A DNA stretch of 64,000 bases, from contig CAYNPY010000001.1 in assembly GCA_964399195.1 (NCBI GenBank), positions 59-64,058 of the forward strand, given 5' to 3'. Shown here in pieces: positions 46,772-56,046 of this stretch. The notes beneath the pieces were generated by a model. That model saw only the letters and a list, made by a program, of their open reading frames with translations, did not search any database and had not been told where the DNA came from. The stretch comes from an uncultured Fibrobacteraceae bacterium. GTDB lineage: Bacteria > Krumholzibacteriota > Krumholzibacteriia > LZORAL124-64-63. A program made the translations under genes and the position numbers. Positions within the stretch are counted from its first letter, which is position 1; each line of letters begins with the position of its first letter.

Positions 46772-47574
46772 TCGACAGCCACGTCCACCTCGACCGCAGC
46801 GAGTTCGCGGGCGCCGGGCTGGCGGCCGCCGAGCGCGCGCGCGCGGTCGGGGTCACCGGGTTCCTGAACATCGGGTACGATCCTGACTCCAGCCGCGCCT
46901 CGGTGGCGCTGGCGAACGAGTCGCCGGACATCTGGGCCTCGGTCGGCGTGCACCCGCACGACGCGCTGCTCCTGGCGGACGGGGACGGCCGCCTGCACGA
47001 CGCCGGCAGGCGGGTGCTGGCGGAGCTGGGACGGCTGGCGGCCGATCCGCGCGTGGTGGCGATCGGCGAGATCGGCCTGGACTTCTACCGCGACCTCTCG
47101 CCGCGGCCGGCCCAGTTCGCGGCCCTGGCTGCCCAACTGGAACTGGCCGCGGCCGCCGGCAAGCCGGCCGTGTTCCACGTCCGCGACGCCTGGCCAGATC
47201 TGATGTCGTTCCTGGACGCCCGCGGCCTGCCGCCGCGCGGCGGCGTGCTGCACGCCTTCAGCGGCGACGAAGCGGCCCTCGACTGGGCGCTCGAACGCGG
47301 GCTGCGCCTGGGGATCGGCGGCGTGGTCACCTACCGGCAGTCGACCCTGCCGGCGATGGTCGCGCGCGCGGGCCCGGACCACCTGCTGCTGGAGACCGAC
47401 GCGCCCTGGCTGCCGCCGGTGCCGCACCGGGGCGAACGGAACGAACCGGCCCGGCTGCCCCTGGTGCTTGACAAGGTGGCCGCGATCTTGCAAATGGATC
47501 CCGGCGAGGTGGAGCGCAGGACCGACGCCGGCTTCGCCGCGCTGTTCCTCGGGCCCGCGGGCGGTGCGCCTTGA
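46768..47574 (+). CDS. tatD: TatD family metal-dependent DNase/hydrolase
   Basis: The GTG start overlaps the PSP1 stop. The motifs VIDSHVHLD, GEIGLDFY and LLETDAPWL are present. Confidence 0.85.
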   Translation: MIDSHVHLDRSEFAGAGLAAAERARAVGVTGFLNIGYDPDSSRASVALANESPDIWASVGVHPHDALLLADGDGRLHDAGRRVLAELGRLAADPRVVAIGEIGLDFYRDLSPRPAQFAALAAQLELAAAAGKPAVFHVRDAWPDLMSFLDARGLPPRGGVLHAFSGDEAALDWALERGLRLGIGGVVTYRQSTLPAMVARAGPDHLLLETDAPWLPPVPHRGERNEPARLPLVLDKVAAILQMDPGEVERRTDAGFAALFLGPAGGAP

Positions 47575-48410
47575 CCCGCAGCCAGCAGGAGCTCCTGCGG
47601 CAATACGGCATCCGGCCGGTCAAGCGGCGGGGCCAGAACTTCCTGCTGGACGGCAACCTGGCGCGCGCCATCGCCGCCGACGCGCTGGCGCTGGGCGACG
47701 AGGTCCTGGAGCTGGGGGCCGGCGGGGGGGCGCTGACCGTGCACCTGCTCGAAGGCGCGCGCTCCGTGGCCTGCGTCGAGGTGGACCGCGGCTTGTACGC
47801 GGTGCTGCAGGGGGAGTTCGGGGGCCGCCCGGGCTTCCAGGCGATCCTCGGCGACTTGACCCGGCTGGACTGGGACGGAGCCTTGGCCGCGGCCGGGGCG
47901 CGACCTGTGATCGCGGGCAATCTGCCGTACGTGCTGACCAGCCTGGTCCTGTTCAAGGCCGCCGAGCTGCGCGCGCGCATCGCCGGCGCCGTGTTCATGA
48001 TCCAGAAGGAGGTCGCCGAGCGGCTGGTCGCCGCGCCGGGCGGCCGCGATTATGGCGTGCTGGCGGTCGTGCTCGGTTCCGTGTTTGCGATCCGCCAGGT
48101 GCGCACGGTGCCGGCGGACGTGTTCTGGCCGCGGCCGCAGGTGAGCTCGGCGGTGGTCAGCCTGACCCCGGCCGGGGACATGCCCGACGCCGAGTTCGCC
48201 TGGTTTCGCGAGGTGGTCAAGCGCCTGTTCGCCCAGCGGCGCAAGCAGCTGACATCTGGGCTGCGGGGGCAGTTCGGGCTGTCGCCCGAGGCGGCGGACG
48301 AGCTGGCGGCGGCCGCCGGGCTGGACCCCGGCGCGCGGCCGGAGCAGATCGCGCCGGAGGGCTACCGGCGCCTGGCCCGCCTCCTGGGGCCGAAGGATGG
48401 GGACGGATGA
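47571..48410 (+). CDS. rsmA: 16S rRNA (adenine1518/1519-N6)-dimethyltransferase
   Basis: The product carries GQNFLLD, LELGAGGGALT and GNLPY. The TTG start overlaps the tatD stop. Confidence 0.9.
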   Translation: MTRSQQELLRQYGIRPVKRRGQNFLLDGNLARAIAADALALGDEVLELGAGGGALTVHLLEGARSVACVEVDRGLYAVLQGEFGGRPGFQAILGDLTRLDWDGALAAAGARPVIAGNLPYVLTSLVLFKAAELRARIAGAVFMIQKEVAERLVAAPGGRDYGVLAVVLGSVFAIRQVRTVPADVFWPRPQVSSAVVSLTPAGDMPDAEFAWFREVVKRLFAQRRKQLTSGLRGQFGLSPEAADELAAAAGLDPGARPEQIAPEGYRRLARLLGPKDGDG

Positions 48411-50536
48411 CCGGATCCCGGCAGCCTGCACGTCGCCTTGGCGCCGCCTGCGCGGTTGCGCTGCTGTTGGGGGTGTGCCTGACGGCGGCGGCGCCGCAGG
48501 TCCGGGCGCAGTCCGCGGGCGGGGATGACGGCGAGTCCGGGCAGCAACAGTCGCCACCGCCCGGCGGCGCCCTGCGCGCGGCGCGCGAGAAGGCCGCCGC
48601 CGCGCTCGCGGCGGGCGACTCGCTCGCGGCGGCGTCCTGGGACTCCGTGGCCGCCGCCGAGGAGGCCGCGATTCCCGAGGTTCCGGGCCGGTTCCTGCAG
48701 GGGCTGACCTTCTCGCCGGTGGCCGGCGTGCGCGCGAACGTCCGCCAGTACACGTACTACTCCGACTGGACGACAACGGCGAGATTCGCCGGCGCCGCCT
48801 CGGCCAACCAGGCGCTCAACTGGAGCTGGGAGGAGTACCGCAAGCAGGACAAGACGGTCGAGAACCGCAAAGGCTCGCTCGACTACAATTTCGGCCGGCA
48901 GTTGCCGCTGGTGACCGTCATCAACGGCAACTGGAACTGGAGCGAGGACCGCACGACCAACACCGCCGGCTTCGCCAACCTGCTGAAGGTCGACAACAAG
49001 ACCGTCAACCTCAACGCGACGCAGCAGAAGTTCACCGCGCTGGGATTGGTGAATTCCGTGCGCGTGGGCGGCAATTTCACCGACCAGGCCAGCCTGAACC
49101 AGGAACAGCGCAACGACTTCAGCGAGGGCACGGCGGGCGCCAACGCGCAGAGCGGGTGGCGGGCGCTGCCGGGAGTCACGGTGGTGGGGCGCCTGGCGGG
49201 GACCGCCACGGGCGGCACGCGGCTGTTGGCCGGTCTGTCGAGTCCCTCGTCGGCCTCGGGCGACAGCCTCGGCATGGGCGTCTACGTGCAGCGCGGCCTG
49301 GGGACGGCCTTCTTCGAGGTGACGCGCAGCAACTTCGAGAAGAAGTACCTGGAGTTCCGGCGCAACGCGAACGGCCTGATCGACACCGTGGGCGTGCCGG
49401 AAGCCGAAAAGGTCGTGAGCGAGCTGGAGACGCGCGACGCGGTGGCGATGAAGCTGGACTACAAGCTGGCTTACGGCGGCCTCAAGTCGGAGTTCACCGG
49501 CACGCACCTGACGGACGACCTCCAGCTGGCCACCGGCCTGGCGGGGCTGAAGCAGCGGGCCTCGGACGAGGCCAACCTCAAGGTGGGCTTCAAGGCCGGG
49601 CGCGACTCGGTGTCCGTCGCCTGGAAGTACGGCCTGAAGTGGGACGATCAGCGCATCAGGGCCGCCACCGTGAGCCGCGGCCGGCAGTACGTGCAGGAGC
49701 GCGACCTGGTGCTGAACTGGAAGCGCACCCTGTTCACCGCGACGCGGCTGGACCTGCAGTACCACGAGGGCCTCACCCAGGACATCGCCGAGGGCGGCTT
49801 CAACGCGAACGACAAGGACCGCCTGACGCGGGACTTCTCCAGCCGGCTGGAGCGCGGCTGGCGCGACCGCTTCCGCACCTCGATGGTCTTCAGCTGGCGG
49901 CAGACGCAGGACCTGTCCATCCGCGGCGCGAGCTCCTCCAACAACAACGTGAAGGACTCCTACGAGCTGACGCCCGGCTTCACCTGGAAGATCTCGCCGC
50001 TGATCGACCTGGACCAGAGCTACCGCCTCTACATCCAGTACACGGACTACGTGTATTCCTATCTCGCGGCCGTCACGCGCAAGGACGACTACAACAAGCG
50101 CGGCGACCTCGTGACCAAGGTCACCTGCCGTCCCAGCAAGCGGCTGACGGTCACGATCCGCCACGACTGGAACCGGCGCTTCAACGCCACCAAGTCCAGC
50201 GAGGACGCCGCGGGCCGCTCGCTCTACCAGCGCGACCTGGAGCAGGACATCTCGCGGATCGACCTGGACCTGGCCTACGTGGCGGCGCCCGGCATCACGC
50301 TCGAGGCGGGCACCTACCGCACGCGGGACGAGAAGACGGCCAGGGGCAGCTCGGTGACGACGCGGACCGATTCGGGCGAGATGGTCGTGGGCGGCCGCGT
50401 CGACCGGAAGCTGGGCCGGCAGCAGCGCGTCCAGGTGTCGGCGATGGTCAAGAAGATCAACGCCTACGGCCCGAGCGTGACCGCCAGCAGCTCCGATTTC
50501 TGGGAGGCCGACGCATGGCTCAAGTGGACGTTCTGA
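48407..50536 (+). CDS. Putative outer-membrane beta-barrel protein, 709 aa
   Basis: The ATG overlaps the rsmA stop and lies inside a longer track ORF. It has a signal peptide (LLLGVCLTAAAPQVRAQS), alternating amphipathic beta-strand patterns throughout, and a C-terminal aromatic ending (DAWLKWTF) typical of OM barrels. Confidence 0.6.
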   Translation: MTGSRQPARRLGAACAVALLLGVCLTAAAPQVRAQSAGGDDGESGQQQSPPPGGALRAAREKAAAALAAGDSLAAASWDSVAAAEEAAIPEVPGRFLQGLTFSPVAGVRANVRQYTYYSDWTTTARFAGAASANQALNWSWEEYRKQDKTVENRKGSLDYNFGRQLPLVTVINGNWNWSEDRTTNTAGFANLLKVDNKTVNLNATQQKFTALGLVNSVRVGGNFTDQASLNQEQRNDFSEGTAGANAQSGWRALPGVTVVGRLAGTATGGTRLLAGLSSPSSASGDSLGMGVYVQRGLGTAFFEVTRSNFEKKYLEFRRNANGLIDTVGVPEAEKVVSELETRDAVAMKLDYKLAYGGLKSEFTGTHLTDDLQLATGLAGLKQRASDEANLKVGFKAGRDSVSVAWKYGLKWDDQRIRAATVSRGRQYVQERDLVLNWKRTLFTATRLDLQYHEGLTQDIAEGGFNANDKDRLTRDFSSRLERGWRDRFRTSMVFSWRQTQDLSIRGASSSNNNVKDSYELTPGFTWKISPLIDLDQSYRLYIQYTDYVYSYLAAVTRKDDYNKRGDLVTKVTCRPSKRLTVTIRHDWNRRFNATKSSEDAAGRSLYQRDLEQDISRIDLDLAYVAAPGITLEAGTYRTRDEKTARGSSVTTRTDSGEMVVGGRVDRKLGRQQRVQVSAMVKKINAYGPSVTASSSDFWEADAWLKWTF

Positions 50537-51195
50537 ACCGGCGGCGCGGCCGTGGCGCTCCGGGCGCGACGCACGCGACGGGCGCGACCCGCGCGCGGGC
50601 CGCCCTCGTGCCGCTCGCCTGCGCGCTGCTCGCCGCGCTGGCGGGCGGCGGCTGCCTGCTGCAGCCCCGCGAGGCCGAACCCCCGCAGACGGGGGAGATC
50701 GTGCGCTATCTCGAGCAGATCGACCCGGCCAACACCTGGGACAACCTCGAGACCTCGGCCGAGGCGACGCACGCCCCCGGCTGGGAGGACGCGATCAACG
50801 CGACCGACTTCCGCTACATCCCCGACTCGGCGGCCGAGGCCCAGTTCCCGGGCGTGTTCACCAACTGGGGCACGGCGCAGGAAGTCGCGTTCATCAACGC
50901 GCTCTACAACGCCGACGTGACCATCGTGGCGACGATGCGCAACCCGGGTTTCGTCGTGCCGCCGTCCTCCGGCAGCGAGTCGATCTGGGAGAACGTCATC
51001 TACGACCTGCGCGTCACCAGCGTCGTGGACGGTTCGTCGGTGCGCTACCGGGGATCGGCCATCATCACCTTTACGCTGGTGGGCAATTTTTGGTATATTA
51101 CGGAATGGCGCGACCAGCAGGGGGAGAGCGACCCCGATTCCGGTCAGCTGCTGTCGACGCTGGGGGTGCTGCGGGGCAATTTTGCTAGCAAATAA
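50515..51195 (+). CDS. Hypothetical lipoprotein, 226 aa
   Basis: It has a signal peptide with a lipobox (LAALAGGGC). Its ATG overlaps the end of the barrel gene by 22 bp. There is no recognisable catalytic motif. Confidence 0.55.
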   Translation: MAQVDVLNRRRGRGAPGATHATGATRARAALVPLACALLAALAGGGCLLQPREAEPPQTGEIVRYLEQIDPANTWDNLETSAEATHAPGWEDAINATDFRYIPDSAAEAQFPGVFTNWGTAQEVAFINALYNADVTIVATMRNPGFVVPPSSGSESIWENVIYDLRVTSVVDGSSVRYRGSAIITFTLVGNFWYITEWRDQQGESDPDSGQLLSTLGVLRGNFASK

Positions 51196-51209
51196 TCGTC
51201 TCATATACT
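51182..51209 (+). promoter_or_regulatory. Near-consensus sigma70-type promoter (TTGCTA-16 nt-TATACT) in AT-rich islet
   Basis: TTGCTA lies at 51182-51187 and TATACT at 51204-51209, with a 16-nt spacer. The element overlaps the stop of the upstream lipoprotein gene. It is followed by a GC hairpin (51215-51231) and a GGAGG RBS for the ATG at 51304. Confidence 0.45.
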
Positions 51210-51303
51210 AAAATCGGGGGATGGCCCCCCGAGCAGGACGCGGGCTTCTTCCCATTCGAATGTCCCTGTCACCCCGGGAGAGCCCAGGCACGTGGAGGAC
51301 AAG

Positions 51304-51924
51304 ATGTTGAAAACGAAGTACTTGCTGCTGCTGCTCCTGAGCCTGGCCCTGACCGCAGGCGGCGGCTGCATCTTCTCGCCCGGCGACGACGGGTGCGAAG
51401 GGCCGGATTGCGGCGAGCAGCCCGTGGTGCGGCCGTGGCCGGACACGCCGGACAAGCTGATGGCGAACTTCCAGGCCATCTACGAGGACATGGATTTCGC
51501 GGACTTCGCGCAGATGCTGCACCCGCAGTACGTGACCATCCTGCAGGAGAGCACCTACAACCAGTTCCCGGACGTCGGCCTCACGCTGGACCTCGAGGAG
51601 GAACTGCGCATCCATGAGCGCATGTTCTCCAAGCAGGACGTGACCGACCCGGAGGGCAACCTGGTGCCGGGCGTGCAGTCCATCGATTTCCAGACGTTCC
51701 AGCGCCAGGGCGCCTGGAGCGTCTCGCCGGCCAACGACCAGATCCCGAACGCCGAGTACGCGCTCTACGACGCGGTGTTCCTGTTCGACCGCGGCGCGGG
51801 CCACACCATCCTGAAGGTGCAGGGCGCGATCAAGTTCTACGTGGTCGCGCGCGACTCGCTGGTCAACGGCGTGCCGAAGCCCTACTACCGGATGCGCGGG
51901 CAGGTGGACCTGACCGACAACTAG
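51304..51924 (+). CDS. Hypothetical lipoprotein, 206 aa
   Basis: The product starts MLKTKYLLLLLLSLALTAGGGC, giving a lipobox. The GGAGG RBS is 5 nt upstream. The track start at 51292 is a GTG further upstream. Confidence 0.6.
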   Translation: MLKTKYLLLLLLSLALTAGGGCIFSPGDDGCEGPDCGEQPVVRPWPDTPDKLMANFQAIYEDMDFADFAQMLHPQYVTILQESTYNQFPDVGLTLDLEEELRIHERMFSKQDVTDPEGNLVPGVQSIDFQTFQRQGAWSVSPANDQIPNAEYALYDAVFLFDRGAGHTILKVQGAIKFYVVARDSLVNGVPKPYYRMRGQVDLTDN

Positions 51925-51966
51925 CCCGTCTTGACGCGGCGGAGACCGCCGTCCAGCGGCAGCGCA

Positions 51967-51995
51967 GCAAGGGGGAGCCGGCGGTTCCCCCTTGC
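51967..51995 (+). terminator. GC-rich hairpin (10-bp perfect stem GCAAGGGGGA/TCCCCCTTGC) downstream of lipoprotein gene
   Basis: It is a perfect inverted repeat with a 9-nt loop, 43 bp after the stop codon. It has no U-tract, so it is a terminator-like structure only. Confidence 0.35.
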
Positions 51996-52059
51996 GCGTG
52001 TCCGCACGCCGGACAAGCGCGGGCTGGTCGCAGCGCCGCCCCGCGCTTACCATGCGCGC

Positions 52060-53079
52060 ATGTCCAGCGGCCACGCCATCCCAACTTCTCCGCGGCAGGG
52101 TAAGCCGCGACCCCGGCAGCGGCGGGGATCTGCGGCGCTCGTCGCGTGCGCGCTGCTCGCGCTGGCGACCCTGGCCGGCTGCGGCCGCGACGACGCCCCT
52201 GACAGGATGGACACCTCGCGCGGCGACGCTCCGCGCGCGGCGACGGATCGGGCCACCGGGCCGGAGCCGGGCTCGGCGGCGGCGCCCGCGCCCGCGCTCC
52301 CGGCGGCGCCGGCGACCGAACCGGCCGACGGCGGCGCCTCCGCCGGTCCGCGCGTGGCGCTGGTGATCGACGACCTCGGCCAGAGGCTCGGCGGGCCCGA
52401 CGCCGCTCTGCTTGACCTGCCCGTGCCGCTGACGCTGGCGGTGCTGCCGGGCCGCCCGCAATCGCGCGCGATCGCCGACCGGGCGACGACGCCGCGCGGT
52501 CCGGACGACCCCGCCCGCCGCGAGCTGTTCCTGCACCTGCCGATGGAGCCCGAGGGCTACCCGAGCCCGGATCCCGGCCCGGGCGCGCTGCTGCGCGGGC
52601 AGTCGCCGGCGCAGGTGGCCGGGCTGCTGGACGGCGCCCTGGCCTCGGTGCCCGGCGCCGTGGGCGTCAACAACCACATGGGCAGCGCCGCGACCGCCGA
52701 CTCGCTGCTGATGTCGGCGCTGATGGCGGCCCTCGCCGAGCGGGGACTGCGCTTCCTGGACAGCCTGACCACGCCGCGCTCGGTCGCCTGGCGCGCCGCG
52801 CGGGAGGCGGGGGTGCCGACGGCGAGGAACCGGATCTTCCTGGACGCCGAGCCCGCGGACGAAGCCACCATCGCGGCCCGGCTGGCCGAACTGGTGGCCA
52901 CCGCGCGCCGGTCGGGCGCGGCGGTCGGGATCGCCCATCCGCACGCGGCGACCGCCGCGGTGCTGGCGCGCGACGTTCCGCGTTACCAGCAGGAGGGAGT
53001 GCGTTTCGTGACCGTCTCGGAACTGATGCCGCCGGCCGTGGCGGCGCTGGTCGAAGGCGGGGAGGACCATGGCCGCTGA
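52060..53079 (+). CDS. Divergent polysaccharide deacetylase family protein (YibQ-like), lipoprotein
   Basis: The lipobox is LATLAGCG. The domain carries RVALVIDDLGQ...LTLAVLP...HLPMEP...GVNNHMGS, which are YibQ/DUF610 signatures. The start is placed at ATG 52060 inside the track ORF 51931..53079. Confidence 0.7.
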   Translation: MSSGHAIPTSPRQGKPRPRQRRGSAALVACALLALATLAGCGRDDAPDRMDTSRGDAPRAATDRATGPEPGSAAAPAPALPAAPATEPADGGASAGPRVALVIDDLGQRLGGPDAALLDLPVPLTLAVLPGRPQSRAIADRATTPRGPDDPARRELFLHLPMEPEGYPSPDPGPGALLRGQSPAQVAGLLDGALASVPGAVGVNNHMGSAATADSLLMSALMAALAERGLRFLDSLTTPRSVAWRAAREAGVPTARNRIFLDAEPADEATIAARLAELVATARRSGAAVGIAHPHAATAAVLARDVPRYQQEGVRFVTVSELMPPAVAALVEGGEDHGR

Positions 53080-54166
53080 GGTCCTGTTCTGGCCGCTGCC
53101 GGCGGGCCCGGGCGCGGACCTCGCTCCGCCCGATCCCCGGCCCGGGTTGCGCCGGCTGGTCGCGGCCGCCGGCCTCGTCGGCGCCGCGCGCCCGGGCGAG
53201 CGCTGGCTGCTGAAGGCGCCCGTGCCGGCCCCGGGCCGGCCGCCGGCCGTACCGCCGGCCTGGCTCGAGGAACTCGGCGCCTCACTGGCCGGGCGCGCGG
53301 CGCCGCCCGCGCCGGCGGCCATCCATGTCACCGACACGCTGTCGATCTCCACGCGGGGCCTCGAGACGCCGGCCGGCCTGCGCGAGGCGGCCCTGGGCCG
53401 CGGCTACGGGGCGCCCGGCGCGCTGCCGTTCGTGGTCGGCGACGACCCGGCCGGGCCGCCGGCCTGGCCGCTGGCTGACGGGCCGCAGGGACACGCGCTG
53501 GCCGGCGTTCTGGCCGCGGCGGCCGGCCTGGCCGTCGTGGCCCCGCTGCGTCCGCACCCGCACCTGGGCGCGGTCGGCGCGGTGGCCGCGCTGGGCCTGG
53601 ACCTGGCCGACCGTGCTTCGCGCCTGGCCCTGCACCGGGGCATCAGGCCGCAGGTCGACACCCCGCTGTGCGCGGGCTGCGGCAGCTGCCTGGATGTGTG
53701 CCTCTACGACGCGATCGTCATCCGTGCCGGGCGCGCCGTGATCGACCACCGCCTGTGCACCGGCTGCGGGGAATGCATGGGCGTCTGCTTCATGGCCGGC
53801 ATCGCCCCCGAAGCGGCCGCCGGCGTGGCGGCCTTCCGGGCCGCGGTGGCCGCGGCGGCCGCCGGGACGGCCCGGCAGCTGGCCGCAGGGCCGGCGCGGC
53901 CGCTCCTGCACCTGGTCCTTTTGCTGAAACTGGACGCCCACGGGGGCGGCGGCCGGGCTCGCCGCCGGCCGCCGGTGGCCGGGATCGGGATCCTGGCCGG
54001 GCGCGATCCGGTGGCCGTCGACAGCGCAGCCTTCGACCTGCTGGCCGGGCGGCTGGGTGAACCCCTCAGCGGGTGGAGCGGGTACGCCCAGGCCCCCGAG
54101 CCGCTGCTGGACCACGCGGCGGCGCTGGGCCTGGGCACGCGGGAATACCGGCTGCGCGAGGTCTGA
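53069..54166 (+). CDS. DUF362 domain protein with two 4Fe-4S ferredoxin-type motifs
   Basis: The two Cys motifs are CAGCGSCLDVC and CTGCGECMGVC. It overlaps the previous gene by 11 bp. Confidence 0.55.
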   Translation: MAAEVLFWPLPAGPGADLAPPDPRPGLRRLVAAAGLVGAARPGERWLLKAPVPAPGRPPAVPPAWLEELGASLAGRAAPPAPAAIHVTDTLSISTRGLETPAGLREAALGRGYGAPGALPFVVGDDPAGPPAWPLADGPQGHALAGVLAAAAGLAVVAPLRPHPHLGAVGAVAALGLDLADRASRLALHRGIRPQVDTPLCAGCGSCLDVCLYDAIVIRAGRAVIDHRLCTGCGECMGVCFMAGIAPEAAAGVAAFRAAVAAAAAGTARQLAAGPARPLLHLVLLLKLDAHGGGGRARRRPPVAGIGILAGRDPVAVDSAAFDLLAGRLGEPLSGWSGYAQAPEPLLDHAAALGLGTREYRLREV

Positions 54167-54350
54167 GCCGCGCCCTAAATTCTGGATAATCAGGCGCCCG
54201 TGTGCTATCATGGCGGGCGCTGTTTCGCGAAGGGACAGGCCGGGAGCGGCGGGTGCCGGCCCGGTCTGCGCGCGCTTTTTTTTGTCGCGGTCGAGGATCC
54301 TCGTGCCGCCCGGGCCCGCAGCCGGGGGCAGAAGTCCCGGGAGAGCCAAG

Positions 54351-55961
54351 ATGAACCGTTCCCTGCAGATCCGGGCAGGGCTGAGCGCCGTGGTCGTCCT
54401 GCTGTCGATCTACGGCCTGCTGCCGACCTTCAAGGCCCTGTCGATCTCGCACGCCGAGCGGGAGGCCGCCAAGGCCAACCCCGAGCGGCTGGCCGAGATC
54501 GAGGCCATCGACGCCAAGGCGATCCGCCGCGGGCTCGACCTCAAGGGCGGCATGTACCTGGTCCTCGAGGTCGACCAGACCGGCATGGACGCGGGCCAGG
54601 CCCAGGACGCCCTGCAGAGGGTCAAGGAGATCCTCTACAACCGCATCGACAAGTTCGGCGTCTCGGAGCCCGAGATCACGACCTTCGGCTCCAGCCGCAT
54701 CGTCGTCAAGCTGCCCGGCCTTCAGGATCCCGAGCGCGCCAAGGCGCTGCTGGGCACCACGGCCAAGCTGGAGTTCCGGCTGGTGCGCCAGCCTGACGAC
54801 CTGCAGGACGCGTTGACGCGCCTGGACCAGGCGTTCGCCGGCAGCGTGCAGGCGCCGGCGGTCGCTCCCGGGGACTCGGCGCTGGTCGACCAGGAGCAGC
54901 TGCTGGCGCAGCGCCCGTTCAGCGGCCTGGTCGTCATGCAGCAGGGCATCGCCTCGACGCCGCTGTTCGTGGCGGAGGAAAACGTCGACCGCCTGCAGGC
55001 CATGCTGGACGATCCGCGCACGAAGGCGCGCCTGCGCGGCGTCGAGTTCCAGCTGGGCATGGATCCCATGAACTTCGGCGGCGCCACCCAGATGCGGCCG
55101 CTCTACCTGGTGGACGCCGAGCCGATCATCAGCGGCGACCAGCTGACCGACGCCCTCAGCACCGCCGACAACGAGCGGCCGGGCATGTGGCAGGTCAACT
55201 TCACCCTGGGCAGCCGCGGCGCCCGCGATTTCGGCCGCGCCACGGGCGAGAACGTGGGCCGTTTCCTGGCCATCTCGCTGGACGGGCGCATCTCCTCGGC
55301 GCCGGTCATCCAGTCGCGCATCACCAGCAACGGCTCGATCACCGGCAACTTCAGCAACGCCGAGGCCAGCGACCTGGCGCTGCTGCTGCGCGCCGGCGCG
55401 CTGCCGACGGACATCACCATCGCCGAGGAGCGCACCGTGGGACCGAGCCTGGGCTCGGACTCGATCCGCATGGGCGTGAACGCCGCCCGCTGGGGCGCGC
55501 TGCTGGTGGTCGTGTTCATGCTGATCTACTACCGCGGCGTCGGGCTGGTGGCCGTCACCGCGCTGGCGGCGAACATTCTGATCGTGCTGGCCGTGCTGGC
55601 CCAGTTCGACCTGGTGCTGACGCTGCCGGGCCTGGCCGGCATCGCGCTGACGGTCGGCATGGCGGTCGACGCCAACGTGCTGATCAACGAGCGCATCCGC
55701 GAGGAGCTGCGCAAGGACAAGACGGTGCGCGCCGCGGTGGAGGCCGGCTACCAGAACGCGACGCGCACGATCATCGACGCCAACGTGACGACGCTGATCG
55801 CCGGCGGCGTGCTGCTGTGGTTCGGCACCGGTCCGGTCAAGGGTTTCGCCGTCACGATGTGCATCGGCATCCTGACGAGCATGTTCACCGCCCTGGTCCT
55901 GACCCACGCGATCATGGACCTGGTCACGCGCAACCGGAATCGGCAGACGCTGAGCATCTGA
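54351..55961 (+). CDS. secD: Protein translocase subunit SecD
   Basis: The ATG at 54351 has a GGGAGAG RBS and lies inside the longer track ORF. The product has a SecD periplasmic domain and the six-TM SecD/SecF core (GLAGIALTVGMAVDANVLINERIREE). Confidence 0.9.
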   Translation: MNRSLQIRAGLSAVVVLLSIYGLLPTFKALSISHAEREAAKANPERLAEIEAIDAKAIRRGLDLKGGMYLVLEVDQTGMDAGQAQDALQRVKEILYNRIDKFGVSEPEITTFGSSRIVVKLPGLQDPERAKALLGTTAKLEFRLVRQPDDLQDALTRLDQAFAGSVQAPAVAPGDSALVDQEQLLAQRPFSGLVVMQQGIASTPLFVAEENVDRLQAMLDDPRTKARLRGVEFQLGMDPMNFGGATQMRPLYLVDAEPIISGDQLTDALSTADNERPGMWQVNFTLGSRGARDFGRATGENVGRFLAISLDGRISSAPVIQSRITSNGSITGNFSNAEASDLALLLRAGALPTDITIAEERTVGPSLGSDSIRMGVNAARWGALLVVVFMLIYYRGVGLVAVTALAANILIVLAVLAQFDLVLTLPGLAGIALTVGMAVDANVLINERIREELRKDKTVRAAVEAGYQNATRTIIDANVTTLIAGGVLLWFGTGPVKGFAVTMCIGILTSMFTALVLTHAIMDLVTRNRNRQTLSI

Positions 55962-56046
55962 CGCGGCTGCGGCCGCCACGCGAACCGCCGCGCCCCGCGC
56001 GGCCCGACAGGAGCCGGGTCCCGACCCGGGAAAGGCCAAGAGCGAC

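Noticed and set aside
51208-53352. 714-aa minus-strand ORF across the lipoprotein and deacetylase region
   Set aside because: It is antisense to genes with signal peptides and conserved family motifs, and it is low-complexity.
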